This document shows positions 42,374 through 54,741 of a stretch of 64,000 bases of DNA, piece by piece. The notes under the pieces are model-generated. The model saw nothing but the letters and a program-made list of their open reading frames with translations. It was not told the origin of the DNA and ran no database searches. The stretch covers positions 1 to 64,000 of the forward strand of contig NW_027253893.1 in assembly GCF_044704955.1 (NCBI RefSeq). The letters run 5' to 3'. The stretch is from Pristiophorus japonicus (lineage: Eukaryota). How positions within the stretch are numbered: position 1 is the stretch's first letter; each line of letters begins with the position of its first letter. The position numbers and the translations under genes are program-made.

Positions 42374-42675
42374 CTGATGTTAAATGTTGCGGTTTTTGGA
42401 AGGTGCTCAGCCCCTGTCTTGCATCAGTGATCAAGTCTGGACATTGAACAGTTCCCAGTGACAGAGGCTCACCCATCATCAGCCCACACAGGGCCGCAAT
42501 ATTCCCCTTGTTATTCCAAAATGATGATATTATTGGGCGAGAGACGCTTCATTCCGTTTACTCAGGGGGAGGAGGGGAGGGGAATTTATAAAACCACTTC
42601 CCAAACTTGAATTCCTTGTGATCATTGAGCTCCTGTCGTTGACTGATGTCAGTATCCGGGAGCTGGGTGAATGAT

Positions 42676-43239
42676 ACATAGAAACATAGAAAATAGGTGC
42701 AGGAGTAGGCCATTTGGCCCTTCGAGCCTGCACCACCATTCAATAAGATCATGGCTGATCATTCCTTCAGTACCCCTTTCCGGCTTTCTAACCATACCCC
42801 TTGATCCCTTTAGCCGTAAGGGCCATATCTAACTCCCTCTTGAATATATCCAATGAACTGGCATCAACAACTCTCTGTGGCAGGGAATTCCACAGGTTAA
42901 CAACTCTCTGAGTGAAGAAGTTTCTCCTCATCTCAGTCCTAAATGGCCTACCCCTTCTCCTCATACTGTGACCCCTGGTTCTGGACTTCCCCAACATCGG
43001 GAACATTCTTCCTGCATCTAACCTGTCTAGTCCCGTCAGAATCTTATATGTCTCTAGAGATCCCCTCTCATCCTTCTAAACTCCAGTGAATACAGGCACA
43101 ATTGATCCAGTCTCTCCTCATATGACAGTCCAGCCATCCCTGGAATCAGTCTGGTGAACCTTCGCTGCACTCCCTCAATAGCAAGAACGTTCTTCCTCAG
43201 ATTAGGAGACCAAAACTGTACACAATATTCCAGGTGTGG
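42676..43239 (-). mobile_element. CR1 LINE 3' fragment (same subfamily as 61518-63487)
   Basis: MFPMLGKSRTRGH...FFTQRVVNLWNSLP and a (tttctatg)n tail. Confidence 0.88.
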
Positions 43240-43371
43240 AACCCTTTCTATTTCTGCTACCCAGAGTTTTCATCCAAAACCTATCAGGTTGTGCAGGGTA
43301 CCAGTCGGGCTGCTGTGTCCTTTCTCAGCAATGTGCCTCAGGACCAACATCATTAAAGATGCCCCCCCGCC

Positions 43372-43880
43372 TTACACTGGATCAATGGGACATTACGCCC
43401 CTCCCTTTCACTGGATCAATGGGACATTCCCCCCACCCCTTTCACTGGATAAATGGGACATCCCCCCCCTTTCAATGGATCAATGTGACATTCCTCCCCT
43501 TGCACTGGATCAATTGGACATTACCCTCCCCCCCCCCCCCCACGTCACTGGATCAATGGAACATCCCCCCCCGTCACTGGATCAATGGAACATCCCCCCC
43601 CCCCCCCCCGTCACTGGATCAATGGGACATTCCCACCCCCCTTTCAATGGATCAATGTGACATTCCTCCCCTTCCACTGGATCAATTGGACATTCCCCTC
43701 CGCCCCCCCCCCACGTCACTGGATCAAGGAACGTCCCCCCCCCCCCACCCCCCCGTCACTGGATCAATGGAACATTTCCCCGCCGCCCCACCCAGTCACT
43801 GGATCAATGGGACATTCCCCCCTCCCCCGTCACTGGATCAATGGGACATTATTCTTTCCCCCCTCCCCCCCCCCCGCCCT
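43372..43880. repeat. ~30-bp minisatellite cactggatcaatgggacatt(c)n
   Basis: Visible tandem copies. Confidence 0.85.
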
Positions 43881-44036
43881 TACTGTATCCCTGGGCCAGA
43901 GATGGTCCTCCAATTGTTGCCCACTCGGCCCAGACCAAAGAGGCAACGGTCAAGCTGTGGGGCCGGGACCGACCCGAAGTGACCCAGCAAAGAATGACCA
44001 TGTAGACCAGGAGTGGGCTGGACTGGGGAACCGAGC

Positions 44037-45410
44037 TTGGGCTGTACCCCCTCCCTCTGTGTACACTCTATCCCCATATACACCGTGGGCTGTACCCCCT
44101 CCCTCTGTGTACACTCTATCCCCACACACACCATGGGCTGTACCCTCCCTCTGTGTACACTGTATCCCAATATACACCATGGGCTGACCCTCCCTCTGTG
44201 TACACTCTATCCCACACACACCGTGGGCTGTACCCTCTCTCTGTGTACACTGTATCCCCATATACACCGTGGGCTGACCCTCCCTCTGTGTACACTCTAT
44301 CCCACACACACCGTGGGCTGTACCCTCCCTCTGTGTACACTCTATCCCCACACACACCGTGGGCTGACCCTCCCTCTGTGTACACTCTATCCCCACACAC
44401 ACCGTGGGCTGTAGCCCCTCCCTCTGTGTACACTGTATCCACACACACCGTGGGTTGACCCTCCCTCTGTGTACACTCTATCCCCATATACACCGTGGGC
44501 TGTACCCCCTCCCTCTGTGTACACTCTGTCCCCACACACACCGTGGGCTGACCCTCCCTCTGTGTACACTTTATCCCCATATACACGGTGGGCTGACCCT
44601 CCCTCTGTGTACACTCTACCCCCATATACACCGTGGGCTGACCCTCCCTCTGTGTGCACTCTATCCCCACACACACCGTGGGCTGTACCCCCTCTCTCTG
44701 TGTACACTCTATCCCCACACACCGTGGCCTGACCCTTCCTCTGTGTACACTCTATCCCCACACACCGTGGCCTGACCCTTCCTCTGTGTACACTCTATCC
44801 CACACACCGTGGGCTGTACCCTCCCTCTGTGTACACTCTATCCCCACACGCCGTGGGCTGTACCCTCCCTCTGTGTACACTCTATTCCCAACACACACCA
44901 TGGGCTGTACCCCCTCCCTCTGTGTACACTATATCCCCATATACACCGTGGGCTGTACCCCCTCCCTCTGTGTACACTCTATCCCCACACACACCATGGG
45001 CTGTACCCTCCCTCTGTGTACACTCTATCCCCACACACACCATGGGCTGTACCCCCTCCCTCTGTGTACACTCTATCCCCACACACTGTGGGTTGACCCT
45101 CCCCCTGTGTACACTCTATCCCCACACACACCATATGCTGACCCTCCCTCTGTGTACACTCTATCCACACACACCATGGCCTGACCCTCCCTCTGTGTAC
45201 ACTCTATCCCCACACACACCGTGACCTGACCCTCCCTCTGTGTACACTCTATCCCCACACACACTGTGGCCTGACCCTCCCTCTGTGTACACTCTATCCA
45301 CACACACACTGTGGGCTGTGCCCCTCCCTCTGTGTACACTCTATCCCCACACACAGTGTGGGTTGTACCCTCCCTCTGTGTACACTCTATCCCCACACAC
45401 ACTGTGGACC
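44037..45410. repeat. ~43-49-bp minisatellite ccctctgtgtacactctatccccacacacaccgtgggctgtaccc
   Basis: Visible tandem copies; same family as 56523-57186. Confidence 0.92.
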
Positions 45411-45472
45411 GTGTCTATTAGCCATCAGACACTTTGTAATAAAATCAAGCGGCCAATTCCATTCACAACCAA

Positions 45473-45603
45473 TCACTTTATTTCGCATTTGTTTTGGTGA
45501 CATTTATATTGATGCTCGTCACCATCGGGAAGGGTCACTTTAAGGTTAGTCTGGTAGAGAAACTTCGGCACACACCCAGAACAAGAGCACGCAGCGTTTC
45601 CAC
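45473..45603 (-). CDS. IgW: IgW short-form secretory exon: (G)GNAACSCSGCVPKFLYQTNLKVTLPDGDEHQYKCHQNKCEIK*
   Basis: Translated by hand. Pyrimidine-rich acceptor ctcttccggttccAG (45605-45604), phase 1 and in frame with CH2; TGA at 45475-45473; 5 Cys. The C..C.PKF.YQ.NL.V...DG...QY.C...KCEIK pattern matches the recalled skate IgX/IgW-short tail. Confidence 0.9.
45477..45482 (-). promoter_or_regulatory. AATAAA poly(A) signal for the short secretory form, overlapping the last codons (GAA ATA AAG TGA)
   Basis: Plus-strand tttatt at 45477-45482. GT-rich TTGGTTGTG follows on the minus strand. No other AATAAA or ATTAAA before the minisatellite. Confidence 0.6.
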
Positions 45604-45839
45604 CTGGAACCGGAAGAGTTGCAGATTTAAGTGTTATACATTTTCACCTCCCGTCCCGTGCTGGGAAAGTGGGAGCTCCACACGGCCCCGGAGCTCTGCT
45701 CCATCCGGAGTTTATATGATGCTAAAAGGGAGCAGATCGTGTGGACCATAACACGCTGTCTCACCTGGTCCTGAACAGGCGAACCAGAGACACGAGCTGC
45801 GCTTAAAGGGGAGCTGGGGACGGCTCACTTCAAATCTGA

Positions 45840-46660
45840 TGTGGGGGATCAATATTTCAGTGAGTGGTCAATCGATGGAACACGTTCCCTCAGGAGAGGG
45901 TGCAGCAGCTCGTGGCAATTCATTCAAATGCAAAACTGGGCAGATTTCTTTCCTACCTGTGGGTGTATGTGCAGAAATCGCAGAAGGTTGAGAGGAGATT
46001 TGACAGAGGTGTTCTCAGGTTGGGAAAGCAGTTCTAAAGGCTTCCGGGATCCTGGGCTTCATAAACCGAGGCACAGAGTACTGCCCGTGGGAATGTTGAT
46101 GGACCTGTATAAAACACGGGTTCGGCCCCAGCTGGAGTATTGTGTCCAGTTCTGGGCCCCGCACTGTAGGAAGGATGTGAAGGCCTTAGAGAGGGTGCAG
46201 AGGGGATTTCCGAGAATGGTTCCAGGGATGTGGGACTTCAGTGACGGGGATAGACTGGAGAAGCTGGGGTTGTTCTCCTTGGAGCAGAGAAGGTTGAGAG
46301 GAGATTTGATCGAAGTGTTCACAATCATGAGGGGTCTGGACAGAGGTCGAGAGAAACTGTTCCCATTGGTGGAAGGGTCGGGAACCAGAGGGACACAGAT
46401 TTAAGGCGATTGGCAGAAGAACCAAAGGGATGTAAGAAAATACTTGTTTACGCAGCGAGTGGTTGGGATCTGGAATTCACGGCCTGAGAGGGTGGAGGAG
46501 GCAGACTCAATCGCTGCTTTCAAAAGGGAGTTGGATATATATCTGAAGGGAAAAATATTGGCGGGCTACGGGGAAAGGGCGGGGAGTGGGACTGGCTGGG
46601 GTCAGCACGGGCTCGATGGGCTGAATGGCCTTTCGTGCTGTGACCATTCTCTGGTTCTAG
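45840..46660 (+). mobile_element. CR1 LINE 3' fragments
   Basis: LYKTRVRPQLEYCVQFWAPH...LEKLGLFSLEQRRLRGDLIEVF and FTQRVVGIWNS. Confidence 0.85.
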
Positions 46661-47027
46661 TCTATAAAATAACATTTGGGAGACAGTAGGAAGGGAACAG
46701 GTAGGAGGTGAAGGTATCGATGGGCCGCCCGTTTCACGCTCCGCACCATTATCCTTTCCATTGAAGTTAGCGGAGAGTAAAATCGGGCGAGAGTGTAAAC
46801 GGGTGACCAGCCCAACCCCGGCAGTTTCCCCGCCCAGCGCCTTGGGTTAACGTTACTCTCTCTAAGTGTCGGTTCAGTATCAACACGTAAAATACTAAAC
46901 ATCTCGCCTCTCTCACCAGGGGCGATATTCGGGACAGTGATTCACGAGTTAAGGGCGAACATCAGCGCATTAAGTTAATACAAGGCTGGATTACTGACCA
47001 TATTCCTCCCCCTCAGACACCACTTAC

Positions 47028-47333
47028 CCTCTTGATACCTCATGCTGATTGTGTTAGGGAGGTTCGAAGATCCATGGGCCACTTCACAGGTGTAGACCTC
47101 CCCTTTGGTCCATTCCTTCACAGGCACCGTCAGGTAAGCCACCGTTTCAAAGGTATCGGCGGCTCCAGGTCTGGAAGGGAGAACGATACCCTTCTGGTCT
47201 ACCCCGCCTTTCTTCCAGAAAACCTTTAGTTTGTCGGGATAGAATCCAGATATGGCACAGCCCAGGACAACGGTGGTTTGATTGTAGACAACCTCCGGCG
47301 ATGGAACAAGCGAGATGAGGCTTGGAGCTTGAA
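47028..47333 (-). CDS. IgW: IgW CH2 exon (306 nt): QAPSLISLVPSPEVVYNQTTVVLGCAISGFYPDKLKVFWKK...FETVAYLTVPVKEWTKGEVYTCEVAH...ISMRYQE
   Basis: Acceptor gttacAG at 47335-47334; donor GAGG|GTAAGT at 47027. The LVPSPE..NQTT.VLGC.ISGF.PD, FETVAYL and MRYQE motifs match recalled IgW/IgX CH2. Confidence 0.93.
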
Positions 47334-47659
47334 CTGTAACACGTTGCAAGATTTCAGATTAAATGGGGTTGGGATTGGCCGCGATCTAATGCAGTAGCAG
47401 AACGGGCCGGAGAGGCTGACTACCCCTGTTCCTGTGTTCCCCTGGACAGATATCGAGGGGTATCAACAGAACAAGGGAATCCTGTCGATCTCTCAGGTGA
47501 CCTTTCATCTCACTCAGCCTGTCAATCCAACCCCAATTGTGACTGGGTTCTCTCTCGGCCTCTCCTGAAATGTGTGGTTACTTTTCAGATCTGGGCTCGG
47601 AAAACCAGCCTCCCTTTTCACATTTCAGATGCTGACCGATTTGCTGTGTATGTTCACAT

Positions 47660-48085
47660 CATCATAGAAATTTACAGCACGGAAGGAGGCCATTTCGGCC
47701 CATCGTGACCACACCGGCCGACCAAGAGCTACCCAGCCTAATCCTACTTTCCAGCTCTCGGTCGGTAGCCCTGTGGGTTACAGCACTTCAGGTATACATC
47801 CAGGTACTGTTTAAATATGGTGAGGGTTTCTGCCTCTACCACCCCTTCAGGCAGTGAGTTCTAGACCCCCACCACCGTCTGGGTTAAAAACTTTCCCCTC
47901 AAATTCCCCCAATCAATTACTTAAAATCTACATCCCCTGGTTAATGACCCCTCGGCTAAGGGAAACGAGTCCTTCCTATCCACTCTATCCAGGCCCCACA
48001 TAATTTTATACATCTCAATCAGGTCTCCCCTCAGCCTCCTCTGTTCCAAAGTAAACAACCCCAGCCTATCCAATCTGTCCTCACA
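47660..48085 (-). mobile_element. CR1 LINE 3' fragment
   Basis: EDRLDRLGLFTLEQRRLRGDLIEMYKIM, plus the gggccgaaatggcctccttcc 3' motif on the minus strand. Confidence 0.85.
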
Positions 48086-48207
48086 GACAATGTTTCTGCA
48101 GGGACCTGAAGATCCCACAGTGCCCATAACCGGGTCTGGGATCGGAGTCGACAGGGCTGCACTTTGTAACCTTCTCGCTGAGCCTGTGGGGAAACTACAA
48201 TTATCCA

Positions 48208-51200
48208 CAAGGTGCAGGCAGTGTGAGCCCGTACCTTCACCATTCCCCCTCCATGGTGCAGCGTGAGCCCGTACCGTCACCATTCCCCCTCCATGGTGCA
48301 GTGTGAGACGTACCGACACCATTCCCCCTCCATGGTGCAGTGTGAGCCCGTACCATCACCATTCCCCCTCCATGGTGCAGTGTGAGACGTACCGACACCA
48401 TTCCCCCTCCATGGTGCAGTGTGAGACGTACCGACACCATTCCCCCTCCATGGTGCAGTGTGAGCCGTACCGACACCATTCCCCCTCCATGGTGCAGGCA
48501 GTGTGAGACGTACCGACACCATTCCCCCTCCATGGTGCAGTGTGAGCCGTACCGACACCATTCCCCCTCCATGGTGCAGTGTGTGACGTACCGACACCAT
48601 TCCCCCTCCATGGTGCAGTGTGAGACGTACCGACACCATTCCCCCTCCATGGTGCAGTGTGAGACGTACCGGCACCATTCCCCCTCCATGGTGCAGTGTG
48701 AGACGTACCGACACCATTCCCCCTCCATGGTGCAGTGTGAGACGTACCGACACCATTCCCCCTCCATGGTGCAGTGTGAGACGTACCGACACCATTCCCC
48801 CTCCATGGTGCAGTGTGAGACGTACCGACACCATTCCCCCTCCATGGTGCAGTGTGAGACGTACCGACACCATTCCCCCTCCATGGTGCAGTGTGAGACG
48901 TACCGACACCATTCCCCCTCCATGGTGCAGTGTGAGACGTACCGACACCATTCCCCCTCCATGGTGCAGTGTGAGACGTACCGACACCATTCCCCCTCCA
49001 TGGTGCAGTGTGAGACGTACTGACACCATTCCCCCTCCATGGTGCAGTGTGAGACGTACCTTCACCATTCCCCCTCCATGGTGCAGGCAGTGTGAGCCCG
49101 TACCGACACCATTCCCCCTCCATGGTGCAGTGTGAGACGTACCGACACCATTCCCCCTCCATGGTGCAGTGTGAGACGTACCGACACCATTCCCCCTCCA
49201 TGGTGCAGTGTGAGACGTACCGACACCATTCCCCCTCCATGGTGCAGTGTGAGACGTACCGACACCATTCCCCCTCCATGGTGCAGTGTGAGACGTACCA
49301 TCACCATTCCCCCTCCATGGTGCAGTGTGAGACGTACCGACACCATTGCCCCTCCATGGTGCAGTGTGAGACGTACCGACACCATTCCCCCTCCATGGTG
49401 CAGTGTGAGACGTACCGACACCATTCCCTCTCCATGGTGCAGTGTGAGACGTACCGACACCATTCCCCCTCCATGGTGCAGGCAGTGTGAGACGTACCGA
49501 CACCATTCCCCCTCCATGGTGCAGTGTGAGACGTACCGACACCATTCCCCCTCCATGGTGCAGTGTGAGACGTACCGACACCATTCCCCCTCCATGGTGC
49601 AGGCAGTGTGAGACGTACCGACACCATTCCCCCTCCATGGTGCAGTGTGAGACGTACCGACACCATTCCCCCTCGATGGTGCAGTGTGAGACGTACCGAC
49701 ACCATTCCCCCTCCATGGTGCAGTGTGAGACGTACCGACACCATTCCCCCTCCATGGTGCAGTGTGAGACGTACCGACACCATTCCCCCTCCATGGTGCA
49801 GTGTGAGACGTACCATCACCATTCCCCCTCCATGGTGCAGTGTGAGACGTACCGACACCATTCCCCCTCCATGGTGCAGTGTGAGCCCGTACCGACACCA
49901 TTCCCCCTCCATGGTGCAGTGTGAGACGTACCGACACCATTCCCCCTCCATGGTGCAGTGTGAGACGTACCGACACTATTCCCCCTCCATGGTGCAGGCA
50001 GTGTGAGACGTACCGACACCATTCCCCCTCCATGGTGCAGTGTGAGACGTACTGACACCATTCCCCCTCCATGGTGCAGTGTGAGACGTACCGACACCAT
50101 TCCCCCTCCATGGTGCAGTGTGAGACGTACCGACACCATTCCCCCTCCATGGTGCAGTGTGAGACGTACCGACACCATTCCCCCTCCATGGTGCAGGCAG
50201 TGTGAGACGTACCGACACCATTCCCCCTCCATGGTGCAGTGTGAGACGTACCGACACCATTCCCCCTCCATGGTGCAGTGTGAGACGTACCGACACCATT
50301 CCCCCTCCATGGTGCAGTGTGAGACGTACCGACACCATTCCCCCTCCATGGTGCAGTGTGAGACGTACCGACACCATTCCCCCTCCATGGTGCAGGCAGT
50401 GTGAGACGTACCGACACCATTCCCCCTCCATGGTGCAGTGTGAGACGTACCGACACCATTCCCCCTCCATGGTGCAGTGTGAGACGTACCGACACCATTC
50501 CCCCTCCATGGTGCAGTGTGAGACGTACCGACACCATTCCCCCTCCATGGTGCAGGCAGTGTGAGACGTACCGACACCATTCCCCCTCCATGGTGCAGTG
50601 TGAGACGTACCGACACCATTCCCCCTCCATGGTGCAGTGTGAGACGTACCGACACCATTCCCCCTCCATGGTGCAGTGTGAGACGTACTGACACCATTCC
50701 CCCTCCATGGTGCAGTGTGAGACGTACCGACACCATTCCCTCTCCATGGTGCAGTGTGAGCCCGTACCGACACCATTCCCCCTCCATGGTGCAGTGTGAG
50801 ACGTACTGACACCATTCCCCCTCCATGGTGCAGTGTGAGACGTACCGACACCATTCCCCCTCCATGGTGCAGTGTGAGACGTACCGACACCATTCCCTCT
50901 CCATGGTGCAGTGTGAGACGTACCGACACCATTCCCCCTCCATGGTGCAGTGTGAGACGTACCGACACCATTCCCCCTCCATGGTGCAGTGTGAGACGTA
51001 CCGACACCATTCCCCCTCCATGGTGCAGTGTGAGACGTACCGACACCATTCCCCCTCCATGGTGCAGTGTGAGACGTACCGACACCATTCCCCCTCCATG
51101 GTGCAGTGTGAGACGTACCGACACCATTCCCTCTCCATGGTGCAGTGTGAGACGTACCGACACCATTCCCTCTCCATGGTGCAGTGTGAGACGTACCGAC

Positions 51201-54200
51201 ACCATTCCCCCTCCATGGTGCAGTGTGAGACGTACCGACACCATTCCCCCTCCATGGTGCAGTGTGAGACGTACCGACACCATTCCCCCTCCATGGTGCA
51301 GTGTGAGACGTACCGACACCATTCCCCCTCCATGGTGCAGTGTGAGACGTACCGACACCATTCCCTCTCCATGGTGCAGTGTGAGACGTACCGACACCAT
51401 TCCCCCTCCATGGTGCAGTGTGAGACGTACCGACACCATTCCCCCTCCATGGTGCAGGCAGTGTGAGACGTACCGACACCATTCCCCCTCCATGGTGCAG
51501 TGTGAGCCCGTACCGACACCATTCCCCCTCCATGGTGCAGTGTGAGACGTACCGACACCATTCCCCCTCCATGGTGCAGTGTGAGACGTACCGACACCAT
51601 TCCCCCTCCATGGTGCAGTGTGAGACGTACCGACACCATTCCCCCTCCATGGTGCAGTGTGAGACGTACCGACACCATTCCCCCTCCATGGTGCAGTGTG
51701 AGACGTACCGACACCATTCCCCCTCCATGGTGCAGTGTGAGACGTACCGACACCATTCCCCCTCCATGGTGCAGTGTGAGACGTACCGACACCATTCCCC
51801 CTCCATGGTGCAGTGTGAGACGTACTGACACCATTCCCCCTCCATGGTGCAGTGTGAGACGTACCGACACCATTCCCCCTCCATGGTGCAGTGTGAGACG
51901 TACCGACACCATTCCCCCTCCATGGTGCAGGCAGTGTGAGACGTACCGACACCATTCCCCCTCCATGGTGCAGTGTGAGACGTACCGACACCATTCCCCC
52001 TCCATGGTGCAGTGTGAGACGTACCGACACCATTCCCCCTCCATGGTGCAGTGTGAGACGTACCGACACCATTCCCCCTCCATGGTGCAGTGTGAGACGT
52101 ACCGACACCATTCCCCCTCCATGGTGCAGGCAGTGTGAGACGTACCGACACCATTCCCCCTCCATGGTGCAGTGTGAGACGTACTGACACCATTCCCCCT
52201 CCATGGTGCAGTGTGAGACGTACCGACACCATTCCCCCTCCATGGTGCAGTGTGAGACGTACCGACACCATTCCCTCTCCATGGTGCAGTGTGAGACGTA
52301 CCGACACCATTCCCCCTCCATGGTGCAGGCAGTGTGAGACGTACTGACACCATTCCCCCTCCATGGTGCAGTGTGAGACGTACCGACACCATTCCCCCTC
52401 CATGGTGCAGGCAGTGTGAGACGTACCGACACCATTCCCCCTCCATGGTGCAGGCAGTGTGAGACGTACCGACACCATTCCCTCTCCATGGTGCAGTGTG
52501 AGACGTACCGACACCATTCCCCCTCCATGGTGCAGTGTGAGACGTACTGACACCATTCCCCCTCCATGGTGCAGTGTGAGACGTACTGACACCATTCCCC
52601 CTCCATGGTGCAGTGTGAGACGTACCGACACCATTCCCCCTCCATGGTGCAGTGTGAGACGTACCGACACCATTCCCCCTCCATGGTGCAGTGTGAGACG
52701 TACCGACACCATTCCCCCTCCATGGTGCAGTGTGAGACGTACTGACACCATTCCCCCTCCATGGTGCAGGCAGTGTGAGACGTACCGACACCATTCCCCC
52801 TCCATGGTGCAGGCAGTGTGAGACGTACCGACACCATTCCCCCTCCATGGTGCAGTGTGAGACGTACCGACACCATTCCCCCTCCATGGTGCAGTGTGAG
52901 ACGTACCGACACCATTCCCCCTCCATGGTGCAGTGTGAGACGTACCGACACCATTCCCCCTCCATGGTGCAGTGTGAGACGTACCGACACCATTCCCCCT
53001 CCATGGTGCAGTGTGAGCCCGTACCGACACCATTCCCCCTCCATGGTGCAGTGTGAGACGTACCGACACCATTCCCCCTCCATGGTGCAGGCAGTGTGAG
53101 ACGTACCGACACCATTCCCCCTCCATGGTGCAGTGTGAGACGTACTGACACCATTCCCCCTCCATGGTGCAGTGTGAGACGTACTGACACCATTCCCCCT
53201 CCATGGTGCAGTGTGAGACGTACCGACACCATTCCCCCTCCATGGTGCAGGCAGTGTGAGACGTACCGACACCATTCCCCCTCCATGGTGCAGTGTGAGA
53301 CGTACCGACACCATTCCCCCTCCATGGTGCAGTGTGAGACGTACGACACCATTCCCCCTCCATGGTGCAGTGTGAGACGTACCGACACCATTCCCCCTCC
53401 ATGGTGCAGTGTGAGACGTACCGACACCATTCCCCCTCCATGGTGCAGTGTGAGACGTACCGACACCATTCCCCCTCCATGGTGCAGTGTGAGACGTACC
53501 GACACCATTCCCTCTCCATGGTGCAGTGTGAGACGTACCGACACCATTCCCCCTCCATGGTGCAGTGTGAGACGTACCGACACCATTCCCCCTCCATGGT
53601 GCAGTGTGAGACGTACCGACACCATTCCCCCTCCATGGTGCAGTGTGAGACGTACCGACACCATTCCCCCTCCATGGTGCAGTGTGAGACGTACCGACAC
53701 CATTCCCCCTCCATGGTGCAGTGTGAGCCCGTACCGACACCATTCCCCCTCCATGGTGCAGGCAGTGTGAGACGTACCGACACCATTCCCCCTCCATGGT
53801 GCAGTGTGAGACGTACCGACACCATTCCCCCTCCATGGTGCAGTGTGAGCCCGTACCGACACCATTCCCCCTCCATGGTGCAGTGTGAGCCCGTACCGAC
53901 ACCATTCCCCCTCCATGGTGCAGGCAGTGTGAGACGTACCGACACCATTCCCCCTCCATGGTGCAGTGTGAGACGTACCGACACCATTCCCCCTCCATGG
54001 TGCAGTGTGAGACGTACTGACACCATTCCCTCTCCATGGTGCAGTGTGAGACGTACTGACACCATTCCCCCTCCATGGTGCAGTGTGAGACGTACCGTCA
54101 CCATTCCCCCTCCATGGTGCAGTGTGAGACGTACCGACACCATTCCCCCTCCATGGTGCAGTGTGAGACGTACCGACACCATTCCCCCTCCATGGTGCAG

Positions 54201-54593
54201 TGTGAGACGTACCGACACCATTCCCCCTCCATGGTGCAGGCAGTGTGAGACGTACCGACACCATTCCCCCTCCATGGTGCAGTGTGAGACGTACCGACAC
54301 CATTCCCCCTCCATGGTGCAGTGTGAGACGTACCGACACCATTCCCCCTCCATGGTGCAGTGTGAGACGTACCGACACCATTCCCCCTCCATGGTGCAGT
54401 GTGAGACGTACCGACACCATTCCCCCTCCATGGTGCAGTGTGAGACGTACCGACACCATTCCCCCTCCATGGTGCAGTGTGAGACGTACTGACACCATTC
54501 CCCCTCCATGGTGCAGTGTGAGACGTACCGACACCATTCCCCCTCCATGGTGCAGTGTGAGACGTACCGACACCATTCCCCCTCCATGGTGCA
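48208..54593. repeat. 39-bp minisatellite gcagtgtgagacgtaccgacaccattccccctccatggt, ~160 copies, with 40- and 43-bp variants
   Basis: Highly homogeneous tandem array in the CH1-CH2 intron. Confidence 0.97.
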
Positions 54594-54741
54594 ATAGTAA
54601 ATGGTGTCAATCGGTGTGGGGCGGGAGCTCGAGGCGCCGACAGCCAATCGGCAGCCCACTTGTAGCTCCGCCCCATTGTCCTCACCATTGACCTCGGTGT
54701 AGGAAGGACGGACAAAAGAGGTAACGCAAGTTAAATGGCGC

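Noticed and set aside
42391-42418. GGTTTTTGG-12bp-CCCTGTC, a J-type RSS just outside the satellite
   Set aside because: The heptamer lacks the essential CAC/GTG end and no D or J coding segment follows.
9360-42479. Many long minus-strand ORFs (up to 764 aa) of repeating LGLIITDYIRCILN
   Set aside because: The 42-bp unit is a multiple of 3 with one stop-free frame. Stops and frameshifts are copied along with the HOR blocks, and there are no credible splice sites or ATG starts.
43880-44030. Frame VILCWVT...SLTVASLVWAEW as an Ig-domain remnant
   Set aside because: Too short with wrong spacing; a chance match is likely. tblastn with CH3/CH4 would settle it.
45714-45772. Alternative acceptor ctgttcAG giving GPGETACYGPHDLLPFSII*
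   Set aside because: No similarity to known tails; the exon at 45603 fits far better.
46975-47027. Read-through tail after CH2 (GKWCLRGRNMVSNPALY*)
   Set aside because: It begins at a consensus GTAAGT donor and has no nearby poly(A) signal, so it is most likely intron.
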